Source: Amoebidium appalachense (taxonomy: Eukaryota; Protista; Ichthyosporea). From it: a DNA stretch of 64,000 nucleotides. Within the stretch, counting starts at the first letter, position 1. Each line of letters opens with the position of its first letter. Location of the stretch: contig CAVNZM010000017.1 of the NCBI GenBank assembly GCA_963693365.1, positions 907,989 to 971,988 on the forward strand. The letters run 5' to 3'. Shown here in pieces: positions 63,936 through 64,000 of this stretch. The notes beneath the pieces were generated by a model that saw only the letters and a program-made list of their open reading frames with translations, searched no databases and was not told the origin of the DNA. Position numbers and translations under genes: made by a program.

Positions 63936-64000
63936 AGGTGCACCAATCAGGTGAACTCACATAAAAATTTTGGCGGGAAAATCTATCGAAGCTAACTATA

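Overview
Eukaryotic genomic DNA: intron-rich, with abundant (GT)n/(CA)n/(CT)n microsatellites and poly-G/poly-C tracts. The style suggests a unicellular holozoan or similar protist, but that is inference only. Most ORF-track entries are microsatellite artefacts. Real content, left to right: (1) an intronless Ser/Thr kinase (2423-3373, -); (2) a 5'-truncated RT+RNase H non-LTR retrotransposon (6614-18886, -, perfect 16-bp TSD) containing a very young Ty1/copia element (9778-16101, -, 5-bp TSD) whose LTRs differ by 45 bp and which lacks a canonical PBS; (3) a 9-exon gene for a secreted Thr-rich/Cys-rich protein (31843->22191, -); (4) a divergent ~25-kb gene of ~36 exons (37019->62147, +). Gene 4 encodes a signal peptide, 23 symmetric phase-1 Cys-rich module exons (one cbEGF, plus a recently amplified block of 9 near-identical exon+intron units), a bacterial-type heparinase II/III-like polysaccharide-lyase domain and a C-type-lectin-like C-terminus. 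Also seen: an unrecognised ~110-nt interspersed element usually followed by poly(C), GT-donor/CA-acceptor intron polarity, and repeated local duplications of exon boundaries. Exon models were assembled by eye from GT-AG sites and frame continuity.
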